Shown here: piece after piece, positions 53,057 to 64,000 of the stretch
How the letters are laid out: each line of letters starts with the position of its first letter
Numbering within the stretch: position 1 is the stretch's first letter
Assembly: GCA_965237595.1 (NCBI GenBank)
Contig: CBDEFY010000004.1
Coordinates: forward strand, 274,213 to 338,212
Source of the DNA: Dehalococcoidia bacterium
GTDB taxonomy: Bacteria; Chloroflexota; Dehalococcoidia; Lucifugimonadales; UBA3495
Direction of reading: 5' to 3'
Length of the DNA stretch: 64,000 nucleotides
Position numbers and translations under genes: made by a program
Notes under the pieces: model-generated
The model's database searches: none
Told to the model about the DNA's origin: nothing
Seen by the model: only the letters and a program-made list of their open reading frames with translations

Positions 53057-53584
53057 ATGAGTGGAGCCGGGGCGTTGTATTTCATTGTCGTCGGTGGGCT
53101 ACTTTTAGCCCTATATTTGCTATGGATCCAGCCAGCGAGTAATCGCGGAAGCGGTAGCGACAATTGCCCATTTACACTTGGAACTATAGTCGATTCCGAA
53201 TTAAAAAAATGCAGTACAGGCGGGGGGCCTGGGTCTTCATCAAATTCCGGAGTAAAAGTAAGATTCCAATACGAATACACGGTCGATGGCATCACGCATA
53301 CAAACGACAGGCTCAGATTCGGAGTTAATAGGTGTCAGACTTCTAACGCCGCAGAAGATATTGCTAGAAACGATTTTTCAACATTTCCCGTTGGGGCAGA
53401 CATCACAGTCTACTACGACCCAGCAGACCCACAGGAATCAGTTCTGGTTAAGGGCACTGCAGGGCTATTTGGCACTAGAATCGGGTGGCTTTTCGGAGCC
53501 GCTTTTGTATTTCTAGTGCTTCCGGCGATTTCGGTTGTCTACGGTTTTATTAAGAAGCTCTGGACCCGGAACAATGACCCCTAA
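53057..53584 (+). CDS. DUF3592-like membrane protein
   Basis: Two TM helices; GTIVDS, YEYTVDG, ITVYYDPADPQESVL; lower GC. Confidence 0.8.
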   Translation: MSGAGALYFIVVGGLLLALYLLWIQPASNRGSGSDNCPFTLGTIVDSELKKCSTGGGPGSSSNSGVKVRFQYEYTVDGITHTNDRLRFGVNRCQTSNAAEDIARNDFSTFPVGADITVYYDPADPQESVLVKGTAGLFGTRIGWLFGAAFVFLVLPAISVVYGFIKKLWTRNNDP

Positions 53585-53779
53585 CCTTTGCCATCTCTTG
53601 ACGGTCTCTTTTCTCACCGGCCCGTCATAGCCCGAATGTCACAAACAGGTGAACCGTCATTCACGACCCACAGTTGACTCGGATCCGCGAATGGAAATCC
53701 CGTACTGACTCCTATGACACCCCCTGAGAGTGGACGCCTAGTCGCGCACCGCGCGGATAACTCAAACGATTCCTCTGTT

Positions 53780-54115
53780 CAATCGGAGCCATCAGTCCAC
53801 CGGGGCACCCCTTTCCTGCTCGGTCAGCACCCGCCGCAGTATCTTGTCGGAAGGGTTCTTTGGGATGGCGTCCACGAATTGGACCCGGCGTATCTGCTTG
53901 AATGTGGCCACCTGTCCGGCGATATACTCCATGATTTCTTCCGCCGACGGAGTCTGCCCATCTTAGGTAACCACAAATGCCTTGGGGACCTCGCCGGCTT
54001 CCACGTCTTGAATCCCGATAACGGCGGCGTCGGCGACGGCGGGGCGGCCCAACAGCAGGCCCTCAAGTTCAGCTGGAGGCACTTGGAACCCCTGATACTT
54101 GATTAACCCCTTCTT
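53780..54115 (-). pseudogene. AMP-binding (acyl-CoA ligase) C-terminal fragment
   Basis: [18 protein letters not shown]...GEVPKAFVV*; then VAGQVATFKQIRRVQFVDAIPKNPSDKILRR. Confidence 0.8.
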
Positions 54116-54192
54116 GCAGGTGGGATTGAATAGGGACAGGGAAGAATCCCATTGGAGGGTTGAAGCATCAAATTCTAATAGGAGATAGATTG

Positions 54193-55548
54193 ATGCCAAG
54201 CCTTCGCGCTCTCGGACTGTTATCAGGGGCGGTTGCCCTCGTAGCGATTGCCTGCGGCAGTGCCTCATCTTCGCCCACCGGCACACCGGGACCAACGGCG
54301 TCCACGGCTAACGAGGCGGCACAGCCAACACCGTCTCCAACTACGGCGCCTACCGACGTCATTTCCACCCCGGATAGCGTCATTCCCACCCCGGATAGCA
54401 CAGCCCGGTCCGCGCCGCCAGAAGTGGCAGGTCCGTTCGTGAATGTGGAGCCGACCGGGCTGGTGGAACAGGACCCCGATTTCCAAGATGGTTTGAGAGC
54501 AGCCCGGTTCTCCGTGTTCGGCTGGAAAACGGATTTCAGCTACCATACCGTGCCCTATACCGATTTCCTTTCAGGCGGTCCACCTCGGGATGGCATACCA
54601 CCATTGGATAACCCCAGTTTCGTCGCCATAGACCAAGCAGATACGTGGTTGTCCGACATGGAGCCGGTAATCTCCTTTGAGCTTAACGGCGTCCACCGGG
54701 CATACCGGTTGCAGGTCCTCATGTGGCATGAAGTGGTGAATGACGAAGTGGGCGGAGTGCCGGTGACGGTAACCTTCTGTCCCCTCTGCAACAGCGCCAT
54801 CGTTTTCGAGCGGACTGTAAACGGGATGGTCCTGGATTTCGGGACCTCGGGCAATCTGCGCAACAGTGACCTGGTGATGTGGGACCGGCAGACCGAGTCC
54901 TGGTGGCAGCAGCTCACCGGCGAGGCCCTTGTCGGTGTTATGGCCGGGACCAAGCTCGCCTTCTTGCCCGCGCCAATCGTATCCTGGCAGGACTTTAGGA
55001 CCCATCAACCCGACGGCATGGTCCTTTCGAAGGACACTGGGTTCGGGCGCAGATACGGGGAGAACCCTTACGTCGGCTACGACCGGGTCGATAATCCCCC
55101 GTTCCTGTTCGATGGCGATTTGGACGGCCGTTTACAGCCCAAGGAGCGGGTCGCCGCCATCTCGGTGGACGGCGTTGACGCCGCGTTTCCTTTCTCAATC
55201 CTGGCCCAAGAGCGCGCGGTGAACTATCCGGTCAATGGGGTGGCGGTGGCCGTGTTCTTCAAGTCCGGGACTTCATCGGCCTTGGACGGCGCATCAATCG
55301 GGTTATCCCGGGATATCGGCTCCGCCGTCGTCTTCAACGGGGAATTGGAAGGACGTAAACTAACCTTCAGCGCCAACGGTAGCGGGTTCACCGACGCCGA
55401 AACGGGCTCTTCCTGGAACATTCTGGGAGAAGCCACGGACGGTCAGTTGGCCGGCAAGCAGTTGACCAAGATAGTTCATAGCGACCATTTCTGGTTCGCT
55501 TGGGCCGCATTTAAGCCAGACACACTCATCTATCAAGGCCAGGGCTAA
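54193..55548 (+). CDS. DUF3179 lipoprotein
   Basis: Lipobox VAIAC, P/T-rich linker, [30 protein letters not shown]. Confidence 0.9.
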   Translation: MPSLRALGLLSGAVALVAIACGSASSSPTGTPGPTASTANEAAQPTPSPTTAPTDVISTPDSVIPTPDSTARSAPPEVAGPFVNVEPTGLVEQDPDFQDGLRAARFSVFGWKTDFSYHTVPYTDFLSGGPPRDGIPPLDNPSFVAIDQADTWLSDMEPVISFELNGVHRAYRLQVLMWHEVVNDEVGGVPVTVTFCPLCNSAIVFERTVNGMVLDFGTSGNLRNSDLVMWDRQTESWWQQLTGEALVGVMAGTKLAFLPAPIVSWQDFRTHQPDGMVLSKDTGFGRRYGENPYVGYDRVDNPPFLFDGDLDGRLQPKERVAAISVDGVDAAFPFSILAQERAVNYPVNGVAVAVFFKSGTSSALDGASIGLSRDIGSAVVFNGELEGRKLTFSANGSGFTDAETGSSWNILGEATDGQLAGKQLTKIVHSDHFWFAWAAFKPDTLIYQGQG

Positions 55549-55684
55549 ATGCGCCAGAAGGTCGGTGAGCGACGATATACTTATTCGGACACGGGCCACG
55601 CCTTGCAGCCCATCTCAAGGACGCATACACTTGATTGATAGCCGCCTGACCGATAGCCGCCCAGGCACTTCCCAGGAGACTTGG

Positions 55685-56281
55685 ATGTCGTCCCAAGACC
55701 AGTCCGCCTCTGTAGACCTAGAGCGGTCGTTCACCGAGATGGTGGAACAGTATTCCGACTTGGCCTACAGCGTCGCCTTCCGCATGCTCCGAAACGCCGA
55801 GGATGCCGAGGACGCGGTGCAGGAAGCCTATATCTCGGCTTTCAAGGCGCTACCCACCTTCAAAGGCCAGTCCAAGCTGTCCACCTGGCTCTACCGTATC
55901 GTCGTCAACGCCTGCTTGATGAAGATCCGCAAGGACAAGTCCAGGGCCAAGTATATTGCGGAAAAAGGCTACGACGACGCCATAGCCTACGACTGGAAGA
56001 ACGACCCCGAAGATGCCGCAGTGAACAGTGAACTCCGCTCCGTGTTGGAAATGGGGCTGGACCAACTCTCTCCCTACCTCCGTGTCGCCGTGGTCCTGCG
56101 GGACATCCAAGGGCTCTCCACCGAGGAATCCGCCGAGGCACTGAACATCTCAATCGTCTGGTTGAAGTCCCGTCTTCACCGCGCCAGAGTTCTGCTTCGC
56201 AAGCACTTGGATGGGTACTCCGCGCTGGCGCTATTGAAAGCCCCAGAAACCCAGGCTGAAACCGACCCCGGACCCCGTTGA
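55685..56281 (+). CDS. ECF sigma-70 factor
   Basis: DAEDAVQEAY, STWLYRIVVN, KSRLHRAR. Confidence 0.92.
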   Translation: MSSQDQSASVDLERSFTEMVEQYSDLAYSVAFRMLRNAEDAEDAVQEAYISAFKALPTFKGQSKLSTWLYRIVVNACLMKIRKDKSRAKYIAEKGYDDAIAYDWKNDPEDAAVNSELRSVLEMGLDQLSPYLRVAVVLRDIQGLSTEESAEALNISIVWLKSRLHRARVLLRKHLDGYSALALLKAPETQAETDPGPR

Positions 56282-56462
56282 AGTAGGCGACATAATGCCC
56301 TATTCTCCAGGCGTTATTGCTAGTGACAACCCAGCCCTGGTTCGCTAATATGTCTTGGGGAATTCGGTTCCCTTCAGATTCAAAGCCACCCGATTCGAGA
56401 TATCAGGCCTTGGGCAGCCGGAGTATTTGGGCACGTCCCGCAGGCGTTAAGGGGGTTCCACC

Positions 56463-58475
56463 TTGGCAGACCCGGCCCTCGACCAACTCTGTATAAACAC
56501 CATCCGATTTCTGGCCGTCGATTCGGTGCAGAAGGCGAAATCGGGACACCCAGGCGCTCCCATGGGAGCGGCGCCCATGGCCTATGCCCTTTGGGACCGG
56601 TTCCTCAAACACAACCCCGCCGACCCGGCCTGGCCCAACCGCGACCGCTTTGTCCTCTCCTGCGGCCACGCATCGGCATTGCTGTATTCCTTGCTCCACC
56701 TGACCGGCTACGACCTGCCTATGGAGGAGTTGAAGCGGTTCCGCCAGTGGGGCAGCAAGACACCGGGGCACCCCGAGCACGGTCTTACCCCAGGCGTGGA
56801 AGCCACCACCGGGCCCCTGGGCCAAGGCTTTGGGAACGCCGTTGGCATGGCCCTGGCCGAGCGCTGGCTGGCTGGCCGGTTCAACCGGCCCGGTCACGAG
56901 ATAATCAATCATCATACCTACGCCATCGTGTCCGACGGTGACCTTCAAGAGGGCATCGCATCGGAGGCCGCATCCATGGCGGGCACCCTGGGTCTGGGCA
57001 AGCTCATCCTGCTCTACGACGACAACGATGTCTCCATCGAGGGCAGCACCGATATAACCTTCCGCGAGAACGTGGCCCAACGGTTTGAGGCCTACGGCTG
57101 GCACGTGATCGGCCCCATCGAAGGGATGGACCTCGAGGTGGTTTCGTCGGCATTGGCCGCCGCCAAATCGGAAACCGAAAAGCCCAGCATAATCGTCTGC
57201 CGCACCGTGATTGGATACGGCAGCCCCAACAAGGCAGGCACGGGGTCGGCCCACGGGGAGCCCCTAGGCGAAGAGGAAGTCGGCCTGGCCAAAGAAAAGT
57301 TGAGATGGCGATTTGAAGAGGCGTTTTCCATCCCTGCTGAAGCCGGAGCCCACCTTGGTTCGGCCCGCGAGCGGGGCAAATCCAAGCAGGCCGAGTGGGA
57401 CTCGGCATTCAGCGAGTACCGGGAGGCCTACCCCGCAGAGGCCCAACAACTGGACGATGCTCTGCACAGAAGGCTTCCCCAAGGCTGGGACGAAGGACTC
57501 GACGGCCTGTTTGATGAGCCCAATCCCATTGCGACCCGGGAGGCCTCCGGCCGGGTGATGAACGCCATATCCAAGGGCGTTCCGGTATTCCTGGGCGGGT
57601 CAGCCGACCTTTCCCCGTCCACCAAGACCATCTTGAATGACCGCGGCCACATAGGTCCCGGAGAATTTTCCGGTCACAACATTCACTTCGGAGTGCGGGA
57701 GCACGCCATGGGCGCGGTGGGCAACGGCATGGCCCTCCACGGCGGAGTTATCCCCTACACCGCCACCTTCCTGATCTTCTCCGACTACATGCGCCCGGCC
57801 GTCCGTCTGGGTTCGCTGATGGGCCAGCAAGTGATCTACGTTTTCACCCACGATTCCATCGGCCTTGGTGAAGACGGCCCCACCCACCAACCCATCGAGC
57901 ATCTGATGGCGCTGCGGGAGATACCCGGCCTGGTGGTCAGCCGGCCGGCGGACGCCACCGAGACGGTTGAAGCATGGCGCGCGGCAATCTCCAGACAGGA
58001 CGGCCCCACCGCCATGGCTTTCACCCGCCAGAACCTGCCGGTATTGGACCGGTCCACGTTGAACCCGGCATCCGGCGTTCACAGGGGGGGTTACATCCTC
58101 TGGGAGAGCAACAGCTCCCCTCAGGTGGTCATCATCGCCACCGGGTCCGAGGTACACATCGCCCTGGAGGCCGGTCAGAAGCTGGACAGCGAAGGCATTG
58201 CCGCAAGGGTGGTATCCATGCCCTCCTGCGAGATTTTCGACTCTCAGCCAAAAGAGTACCGGGACAATGTACTGCCGCCGTCGCTGCGGGCCCGGGTCTC
58301 CGTGGAGGCGGGCAGCACCAAGGGATGGGAGCGGTATGTCGGCTTGGACGGGGTTTCCGTGGGCATGACCGGCTACGGCGCGTCAGCCCCTGCTGGGTTG
58401 CTCTACGAGAAATTCGGCATCACGGCCGAACGGGTCGCCGACGAGTCTCGAAAATTGGTCAACGGGGCAAGTTAA
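56463..58475 (+). CDS. tkt: Transketolase
   Basis: [44 protein letters not shown]. Confidence 0.97.
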   Translation: MADPALDQLCINTIRFLAVDSVQKAKSGHPGAPMGAAPMAYALWDRFLKHNPADPAWPNRDRFVLSCGHASALLYSLLHLTGYDLPMEELKRFRQWGSKTPGHPEHGLTPGVEATTGPLGQGFGNAVGMALAERWLAGRFNRPGHEIINHHTYAIVSDGDLQEGIASEAASMAGTLGLGKLILLYDDNDVSIEGSTDITFRENVAQRFEAYGWHVIGPIEGMDLEVVSSALAAAKSETEKPSIIVCRTVIGYGSPNKAGTGSAHGEPLGEEEVGLAKEKLRWRFEEAFSIPAEAGAHLGSARERGKSKQAEWDSAFSEYREAYPAEAQQLDDALHRRLPQGWDEGLDGLFDEPNPIATREASGRVMNAISKGVPVFLGGSADLSPSTKTILNDRGHIGPGEFSGHNIHFGVREHAMGAVGNGMALHGGVIPYTATFLIFSDYMRPAVRLGSLMGQQVIYVFTHDSIGLGEDGPTHQPIEHLMALREIPGLVVSRPADATETVEAWRAAISRQDGPTAMAFTRQNLPVLDRSTLNPASGVHRGGYILWESNSSPQVVIIATGSEVHIALEAGQKLDSEGIAARVVSMPSCEIFDSQPKEYRDNVLPPSLRARVSVEAGSTKGWERYVGLDGVSVGMTGYGASAPAGLLYEKFGITAERVADESRKLVNGAS

Positions 58476-58555
58476 CCACCGGCACATAAAACGGCGCCTG
58501 CCCGTCCGCCATTTACCCGTTCGCCATTTGCCAGTTCGCCAGTTGAATAAGGGAT

Positions 58556-59950
58556 GTGATGCGGAAATTCGACCTTATCGTGATTGGCTCCGGCTCCGGC
58601 CTGGAGGTTTCCGCCGAGACTTCGGACGCCGGCTGGTCTGTGGCCGTGGTTGAAGAAGGCCCCTTCGGAGGCACCTGCCTGAACCGCGGCTGTATCCCCT
58701 CCAAGATGCTCATCCACTGCGCCGACGTGATGCAAACGGTCCAGAACGCCGCCTCATTCGGTATCCACGCTACGGTCCAGAAAGTCGACTGGCCCTTCGT
58801 CGTAAAGCGCGCCTTCGAAGAGGTGGACGCCGATGCCGCCATGATCGAGCGGGGCAACCGGCAGAGCCCCAATATCGAGGTTTTCAAGGGCCGCGGCCGG
58901 TTCACCGGCCCCAAGACACTTGAAGTAACTGGGGAAGTAACCGGTGGGGAAGTCAACATCGAACAACTCACCGCCGACACCATCCTCATCGCCGCCGGCA
59001 CCCGCCCCTGGGTCCCCGAGATACCGGGCCTGGAACAGACGCCTTACATCACCTCAGACCAGGCGCTGCGGCTGCCCGAACAACCTCGTAGGCTGACAGT
59101 AGTGGGAGGCGGGTACATTGCCGCCGAGTTGGCCAATTTCTTCGGCGCACTGGGCACCGAAGTGACCATCATCCACCGGCGGGGACAGATGCTCCGGGAA
59201 GAGGACGACGACGTTGCCCGCCGGTTCACCGAGGTCTATCAACGCCGGTTCAACATGGTGTTGGACGCCCAGGTCGCTGGGGTCTCATCAAATGATGGCG
59301 AGATAACGGTGGATGTCACCACCGCTGACGGCGGGCGGTCAATCACCTCGGATACCCTGCTGATGGCCACCGGCCGTGTCCCCAACACGGACATCCTTGA
59401 AGTCGCCAACACTGGGGTGGAGGTCGACGAGCGCGGCTACGTCAAGACTGATGAGTATCTCCGGACCAACGTGCCCGGAATCTGGGCCTTGGGCGACGTA
59501 GTGGGCCGGTATCTCCTCAAACATAGCGCCAACCTGGAAGCGGCCTACGTGGCCAACAACATCCTCGACCCAGGAAACCCGGCGGCCGTGGACTATCACG
59601 CCATGCCCCACGCCGTGTTCTCCTCCCCCCAGGTCGCCTCGGTGGGCTTAACCCAGCAAGAGGCCGAGGGTAAGGGCGCAGCCTATGCTGCCGCCGCGTA
59701 CGACTACTCGGACACCGCCCACGGAGCTTCCATTGAGGACAAAGCCGGCTTCGTCAAGGTCCTAGCCGACCCCAAGTCCGGCGAGATCTTGGGCTGCCAC
59801 ATCATCGGCAGCGACGCCGTCACCCTCATTCAAGAGGCCGCCAACGCCATGCGGCTACGCTTGAGTGTGGACGCCATAACCCAGTCCATCTACGTGCACC
59901 CTGCCCTGCCCGAGGTGGTCCAAAGAGCCTTTGGCCAACTGCCCGGGTGA
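58556..59950 (+). CDS. Pyridine nucleotide-disulfide oxidoreductase (mycothione reductase/dihydrolipoamide dehydrogenase family)
   Basis: IGSGSG, GGTCLNRGCIPSK, GGGYIAAE, YVHPALPE. Confidence 0.9.
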   Translation: MMRKFDLIVIGSGSGLEVSAETSDAGWSVAVVEEGPFGGTCLNRGCIPSKMLIHCADVMQTVQNAASFGIHATVQKVDWPFVVKRAFEEVDADAAMIERGNRQSPNIEVFKGRGRFTGPKTLEVTGEVTGGEVNIEQLTADTILIAAGTRPWVPEIPGLEQTPYITSDQALRLPEQPRRLTVVGGGYIAAELANFFGALGTEVTIIHRRGQMLREEDDDVARRFTEVYQRRFNMVLDAQVAGVSSNDGEITVDVTTADGGRSITSDTLLMATGRVPNTDILEVANTGVEVDERGYVKTDEYLRTNVPGIWALGDVVGRYLLKHSANLEAAYVANNILDPGNPAAVDYHAMPHAVFSSPQVASVGLTQQEAEGKGAAYAAAAYDYSDTAHGASIEDKAGFVKVLADPKSGEILGCHIIGSDAVTLIQEAANAMRLRLSVDAITQSIYVHPALPEVVQRAFGQLPG

Positions 59951-60030
59951 CCAGGCCGTATCCAACAACACTTAATCAGCATCCCATGATTGGAATAAAG
60001 GCATGATCGCGATAAAGGGGGGTTAATCCT

Positions 60031-60942
60031 GTGGAATTGGGAATGATTGGCCTGGGCCGGATGGGCGGCAACATGGCCCAACGCTTGATAAGCGGCGGAC
60101 ACCGGGTGGTGACCTACGACCGCGACTCGGAGGCGGTTACGGCCAGCAAAGGGTTCGGCGGCGAGGGAGCGTCTTCGCTGCAGGACATTGTGGCCCGGCT
60201 CGGTGCTCCCAGAGCCCTGTGGGTCATGGTGCCCGCCGGACAGCCGACGGAGGACACAATTGACGCGCTGGCCCCGCTGCTCGGTCCCGGAGACGCCATA
60301 TTGGACGGTGGCAATGCCAACTACAAAGACAGCATGCGCCGCGCCGCCAAGTTGGCCGGTCACGGGATCAATTTCATCGACGTGGGCACCAGCGGCGGAA
60401 TCTGGGGCCTGACCGAGGGCTATTGCCTGATGGTCGGCGGCGACGAAGCGGCAGTAAAGCGCCTGGAACCCATCTTCCATACCCTGGCGCCCAGTCCCGA
60501 CCGGGGCTATAGCCGGGTTGGCCCCAGCGGCTCTGGACATTTCACCAAGATGGTGCACAACGGGGTGGAATATGGGCTGATGCAAGCCTACGCTGAGGGA
60601 TTCGAGTTGATGGCGGCCAAAGAGGAGTTCGGCCTGGACCTGCCGGCCATCGCCGAGGTCTGGCGCCACGGCAGCGTGGTGCGCTCCTGGCTGTTGGACC
60701 TGGCCGCCGACGCGTTGAAGCAGGACCACGGCTTGGAGTCCCTTGATTCCTATGTGGATGACTCGGGAGAAGGCCGCTGGACCGTGGAGGAATCGGTGGA
60801 GTTGGCCGTGCCGACCCCGGTGATAACCCTGGCCCTGCAGGCCCGTTTCCGATCCCGGCAGGACCAGCCCTTTGGCGGCCGGCTTTTGGCGGCATTGCGA
60901 CAGCAGTTTGGCGGCCATTCCGTCCGCAAGGCCGGTGAATGA
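60031..60942 (+). CDS. gnd: 6-phosphogluconate dehydrogenase, decarboxylating (short form)
   Basis: GLGRMG, DGGN, SGG, KMVHNGVEYG, DSGEGRW, FGGH. Confidence 0.95.
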   Translation: MELGMIGLGRMGGNMAQRLISGGHRVVTYDRDSEAVTASKGFGGEGASSLQDIVARLGAPRALWVMVPAGQPTEDTIDALAPLLGPGDAILDGGNANYKDSMRRAAKLAGHGINFIDVGTSGGIWGLTEGYCLMVGGDEAAVKRLEPIFHTLAPSPDRGYSRVGPSGSGHFTKMVHNGVEYGLMQAYAEGFELMAAKEEFGLDLPAIAEVWRHGSVVRSWLLDLAADALKQDHGLESLDSYVDDSGEGRWTVEESVELAVPTPVITLALQARFRSRQDQPFGGRLLAALRQQFGGHSVRKAGE

Positions 60943-62405
60943 CCTCCAACTCCGGCAACCAGACTACCTCCATCGTAATTTTCGGCGCGTCTGGAGACCT
61001 GACCCGCCGAAAGCTGATTCCCTCACTGTGCAGCCTTTTTTGCAAGGGAAAGTTGGGACCGGAAGTCCGCATCGTGGGGATGGCCCGCAGCAATCGGACA
61101 GACCAAGAGTTCCGAGACACGCTGGCCGATGGTATGGACGCATTTGAAGAATTCAGCCCGGACCGGGATGAATGGACGGAATTCGCCTCACGGATCCACT
61201 ACTGCTTCGGCGACGTTTCTTCCCCCGGCGACCTCAAGAAGTTGGAGGATACTCTTCATGGAATCGAATCTCCCGGCAGGCCCGCGAACCGCTTGTACTA
61301 CCTGGCTTTGGCGCCATCCCTCTACGGACCGGCAATCTTGAACCTGGGGGCTACGGGCATGGCGCGCGAATCGGACTGCTGGCGGCGGGTGGTAATCGAA
61401 AAGCCCTTCGGCACCGACCTGGCGTCGGCGAAGGACCTCAACCTGTTGGTCCACTCGGTGTTCGCAGAGAGCCAGGTTTTCCGTATCGACCACTACTTGG
61501 GCAAGGAAACGGTCCAAAACCTGCTTGTGTTCCGGTTCGCCAACACCATTTTCGAACCCATCTGGACCAGAAATTACATCAACAACGTCCAAATCACAGT
61601 TTCCGAGACGGTGCCGGTTTCCGACCGGGCGGGGTATTACGACCAAGCCGGAGTCTTCCGGGACATGTTTCAGAACCATCTGCTGCAATTGTTGACGGTA
61701 GTCGCCATGGAGCCGCCTTCCAATTTCCAGGCCGACCTGCTCCGCAATGAAAAGGTCAAGGTGCTGAACGCCGTGCGCCTCACCTCTCCCGCGTCGGCAA
61801 GCCAGACCGCAGTCCACGCCCAGTACGAAGGGTGCCTTGGAGAGCAGGATGTGCCAGCAGACTCACGGACTGCCACGTATGCGGCCGTGCGCTTGGACGT
61901 GGACAATTGGCGATGGCAGGGTGTGCCCTTTTATCTGCGTTCGGGCAAGGCCCTGGACGACAAGCGGACCGAGATTGTGATTCAGTTCCGAAGGCCTCCC
62001 CACGTGATGTTTCCTCAAGAGATCGGCCCCAATATTTTGGCCATCCAGGTCCAACCCGATGAGGGGCTGCATCTGGAGTTTCAGGCCAAGACCCCTGACG
62101 AGAAGATGGAACTGCGGCCCGTGGAATTGGAGTTCCATTACGATGACTCCTTCGGCGGCCAGGCCATCCCCGACGCCTACGAGCGCCTGTTGTTGGACGC
62201 GATGAACGGAGATGCCTCCCTCTTCACCCGCAGCGACGAAATCGAAGAAGCCTGGGAAATAATCGACCCCATCATCCAGGGACTGGCCTCTCCGGACGCC
62301 CCTCCACCGGCCAGCTACGCCGTCGGAAGTAAGGGCCCTGAAGCAGCCGACAGCTTCTTGGCCAAGGACGGCCGCCAATGGTTGCAGCGGTCCAAACAGC
62401 ACTGA
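60939..62405 (+). CDS. zwf: Glucose-6-phosphate 1-dehydrogenase
   Basis: GASGDL, EKPFG, RIDHYLGKE, RWQGVPFYLRSGK. Confidence 0.97.
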   Translation: MTSNSGNQTTSIVIFGASGDLTRRKLIPSLCSLFCKGKLGPEVRIVGMARSNRTDQEFRDTLADGMDAFEEFSPDRDEWTEFASRIHYCFGDVSSPGDLKKLEDTLHGIESPGRPANRLYYLALAPSLYGPAILNLGATGMARESDCWRRVVIEKPFGTDLASAKDLNLLVHSVFAESQVFRIDHYLGKETVQNLLVFRFANTIFEPIWTRNYINNVQITVSETVPVSDRAGYYDQAGVFRDMFQNHLLQLLTVVAMEPPSNFQADLLRNEKVKVLNAVRLTSPASASQTAVHAQYEGCLGEQDVPADSRTATYAAVRLDVDNWRWQGVPFYLRSGKALDDKRTEIVIQFRRPPHVMFPQEIGPNILAIQVQPDEGLHLEFQAKTPDEKMELRPVELEFHYDDSFGGQAIPDAYERLLLDAMNGDASLFTRSDEIEEAWEIIDPIIQGLASPDAPPPASYAVGSKGPEAADSFLAKDGRQWLQRSKQH

Positions 62406-62428
62406 AGTTTGCAGCGCGGTGGTTGTTC

Positions 62429-64000
62429 TTGACCTATAAGCCCATATACGAATACGGCCTCATTGGCGATATGCACGGTTCTGCCCTGGTTGGGACCGAC
62501 GGCTCCATCGACTGGTGCTGTATCCCCCGCTTCGACTCTCCAGCGTTGTTCAGCCGGATTCTCGACTCCAATAAGGGTGGCTTTTTCAAGTTGTCGCCCG
62601 CCGGTGTCAACGATGTCACCCGTCGTTACCGCCCAAACACCAACATCCTCGAGACCAGTTTCACGACTGCCAGCGGTTCGGGGGTCCTCATCGACTTCAT
62701 GCCGGTTCACCACCCCTCGCAAATGCCTCGCCAGGCCATGGAAGTCACCGATAGTCAACGGGTGGTGCGTATCCTTCACTGTACCGGAGGCCGTCTAGAT
62801 TTTGAGATGGACTGCTACCCCAAGTTCGATTACGGGACCATCGTGCCCCATGCGTCATTGAGCAGCCCAAACACCGGCATGGCCCACGGCGGAGGGGAAG
62901 CGGTGTCGGTCTATTGCTCTGCCCGGCTCACGGTGGAGAGCGACGGGTTCCGGTCGAGGGGTGCAATCTTCGAAGGGGAGAAGCTGTACGCCACCATCTC
63001 CAATCAGCCTACTTTCTCCCATCATACCGAGCCACTGACCCCAGCGGAATTGGAACAGGAACTGGAGGATGCTACGGATTTCTGGGTGGAATGGTCGTCC
63101 CGATGCACCTTCAAGGGCGAGCATCGAGACGCGGTGGTCCGCAGCGCCCTCACCCTAAAGGCCCTCATCTATGCCCCCTCAGGCGGTTTGGTCGCGGCAC
63201 CGACAACATCGCTGCCGGAGTCCATCGGCGGAGCGCGCAACTGGGATTACCGCTATACCTGGATCAGGGACGCCACGTTCGCCCTCTACGCCCTGTCCAT
63301 CATCGGCTATACCGAGGAGGTAAGGGCGTTCAAGGATTGGCTGGAGTGGAGCACCTCCGGCCGGGCGCGGGACCTACAGGTGATGTACGGACTGGGTGGC
63401 GAACGCCGGCTGACCGAGATCGAGATTCCGGTATTGGAAGGCTACCAGCGCTCCCGGCCGGTGCGGATCGGAAATGGGGCCTATTCCCAGTTCCAGTTGG
63501 ACATCTACGGCGAGATCATGGACTCGGCCCACATCTTCCGCAAGTTCGGCGGCTCGGTGGACCCTGAGTACTGGGAATACCTGGGGCGGGTGGTCAACTT
63601 CGTTATAGACCATTGGAAGGAGCCGGACGAGGGCATCTGGGAAACCCGGGGCGGGCGCCAGCATTTTGTCTTTTCCAAAGTGATGTGTTGGGTGGCCATG
63701 GACCGGGCCATAAAAGCCGCTACGGCCCTGGGACTACCGGGCGATATCAACGTCTGGCGAAAGGTCCGAACGGAGATTCGGAACGAGGTCATGGCAAAGG
63801 GCTATTCTCCGGAACGACAGGCCTTTGTCCAATGCTACGACAGCAAGAATTTGGACGCCGCCAACCTGATGCTTCCCCTGGTCGGCTTCATCCCCGCAAC
63901 GGATCCAAAGATGCGTTCTACCATCCGGGCCATTCAATCGGAACTCACCAGCCCGCAAGGTTTTGTGTTCCGCTACGATGACTTCGACGACGGGCTGGGC
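62429..64000 (+). CDS. Glycoside hydrolase family 15 (glucoamylase/trehalase-like), runs off window
   Basis: Manual translation from TTG 62429: [53 protein letters not shown]. Confidence 0.92.
   Translation, partial: MTYKPIYEYGLIGDMHGSALVGTDGSIDWCCIPRFDSPALFSRILDSNKGGFFKLSPAGVNDVTRRYRPNTNILETSFTTASGSGVLIDFMPVHHPSQMPRQAMEVTDSQRVVRILHCTGGRLDFEMDCYPKFDYGTIVPHASLSSPNTGMAHGGGEAVSVYCSARLTVESDGFRSRGAIFEGEKLYATISNQPTFSHHTEPLTPAELEQELEDATDFWVEWSSRCTFKGEHRDAVVRSALTLKALIYAPSGGLVAAPTTSLPESIGGARNWDYRYTWIRDATFALYALSIIGYTEEVRAFKDWLEWSTSGRARDLQVMYGLGGERRLTEIEIPVLEGYQRSRPVRIGNGAYSQFQLDIYGEIMDSAHIFRKFGGSVDPEYWEYLGRVVNFVIDHWKEPDEGIWETRGGRQHFVFSKVMCWVAMDRAIKAATALGLPGDINVWRKVRTEIRNEVMAKGYSPERQAFVQCYDSKNLDAANLMLPLVGFIPATDPKMRSTIRAIQSELTSPQGFVFRYDDFDDGLG

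Noticed and set aside
54358-54400. Short tandem duplications (21 bp here; also ~27000-27040 and ~58921-58955)
   Set aside because: Two-copy in-frame slippage events in linker regions, with no sign of a system.
1-64000. CRISPR array or cas genes
   Set aside because: No regularly spaced repeat-spacer array and no cas-like ORF seen.

Overview
The window has two parts. Bases ~1-40,900 are a decayed, IS-dense accessory island with IS1, IS21 x2, IS3 remnants, IS630, IS1182, IS256 and IS1380 elements (further IS1380 copy at 50161-51903). The island also holds a ParA/RHH/TOPRIM-primase replicon remnant, a large serine recombinase module, VapBC and HigBA toxin-antitoxin pairs, and broken defence-like genes (NYN x2, NurA + DNA methyltransferase, DUF3800, HEPN). 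Bases ~41,000-64,000 are mostly intact metabolic genes (dipeptidase, enoyl-CoA hydratase, nitroreductase, maleate isomerase family, SelA-like PLP enzyme, LLM oxidoreductase, ECF sigma, tkt, gnd, zwf, GH15). The gene repertoire suggests a Dehalococcoidia/SAR202-like Chloroflexota genome (inference only). Main observations: (1) a tandem ~335-bp unit made of a small GIY-YIG nuclease gene whose stop codon overlaps a tRNA-Ala-like sequence with REP-like hairpins in its anticodon and T arms, plus a similar two-sided REP-like footprint inside istA; (2) three stages of ISEcp1-style cargo capture by one IS1380 (bare, +683 bp, +1089 bp), each with its own 5-bp target duplication; (3) two unrelated NYN nuclease genes each preceded by a promoter, a short structured RNA and a terminator-like end (type III TA-like layout); (4) an IS1 carrying three passenger genes; (5) an in-frame 22-bp micro-inversion that removes the first catalytic Asp of IstA. 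Bases ~23,200-24,300 look like a consensus artefact. No CRISPR array, rRNA or canonical tRNA was seen. All family calls are by motif recognition, without database searches.
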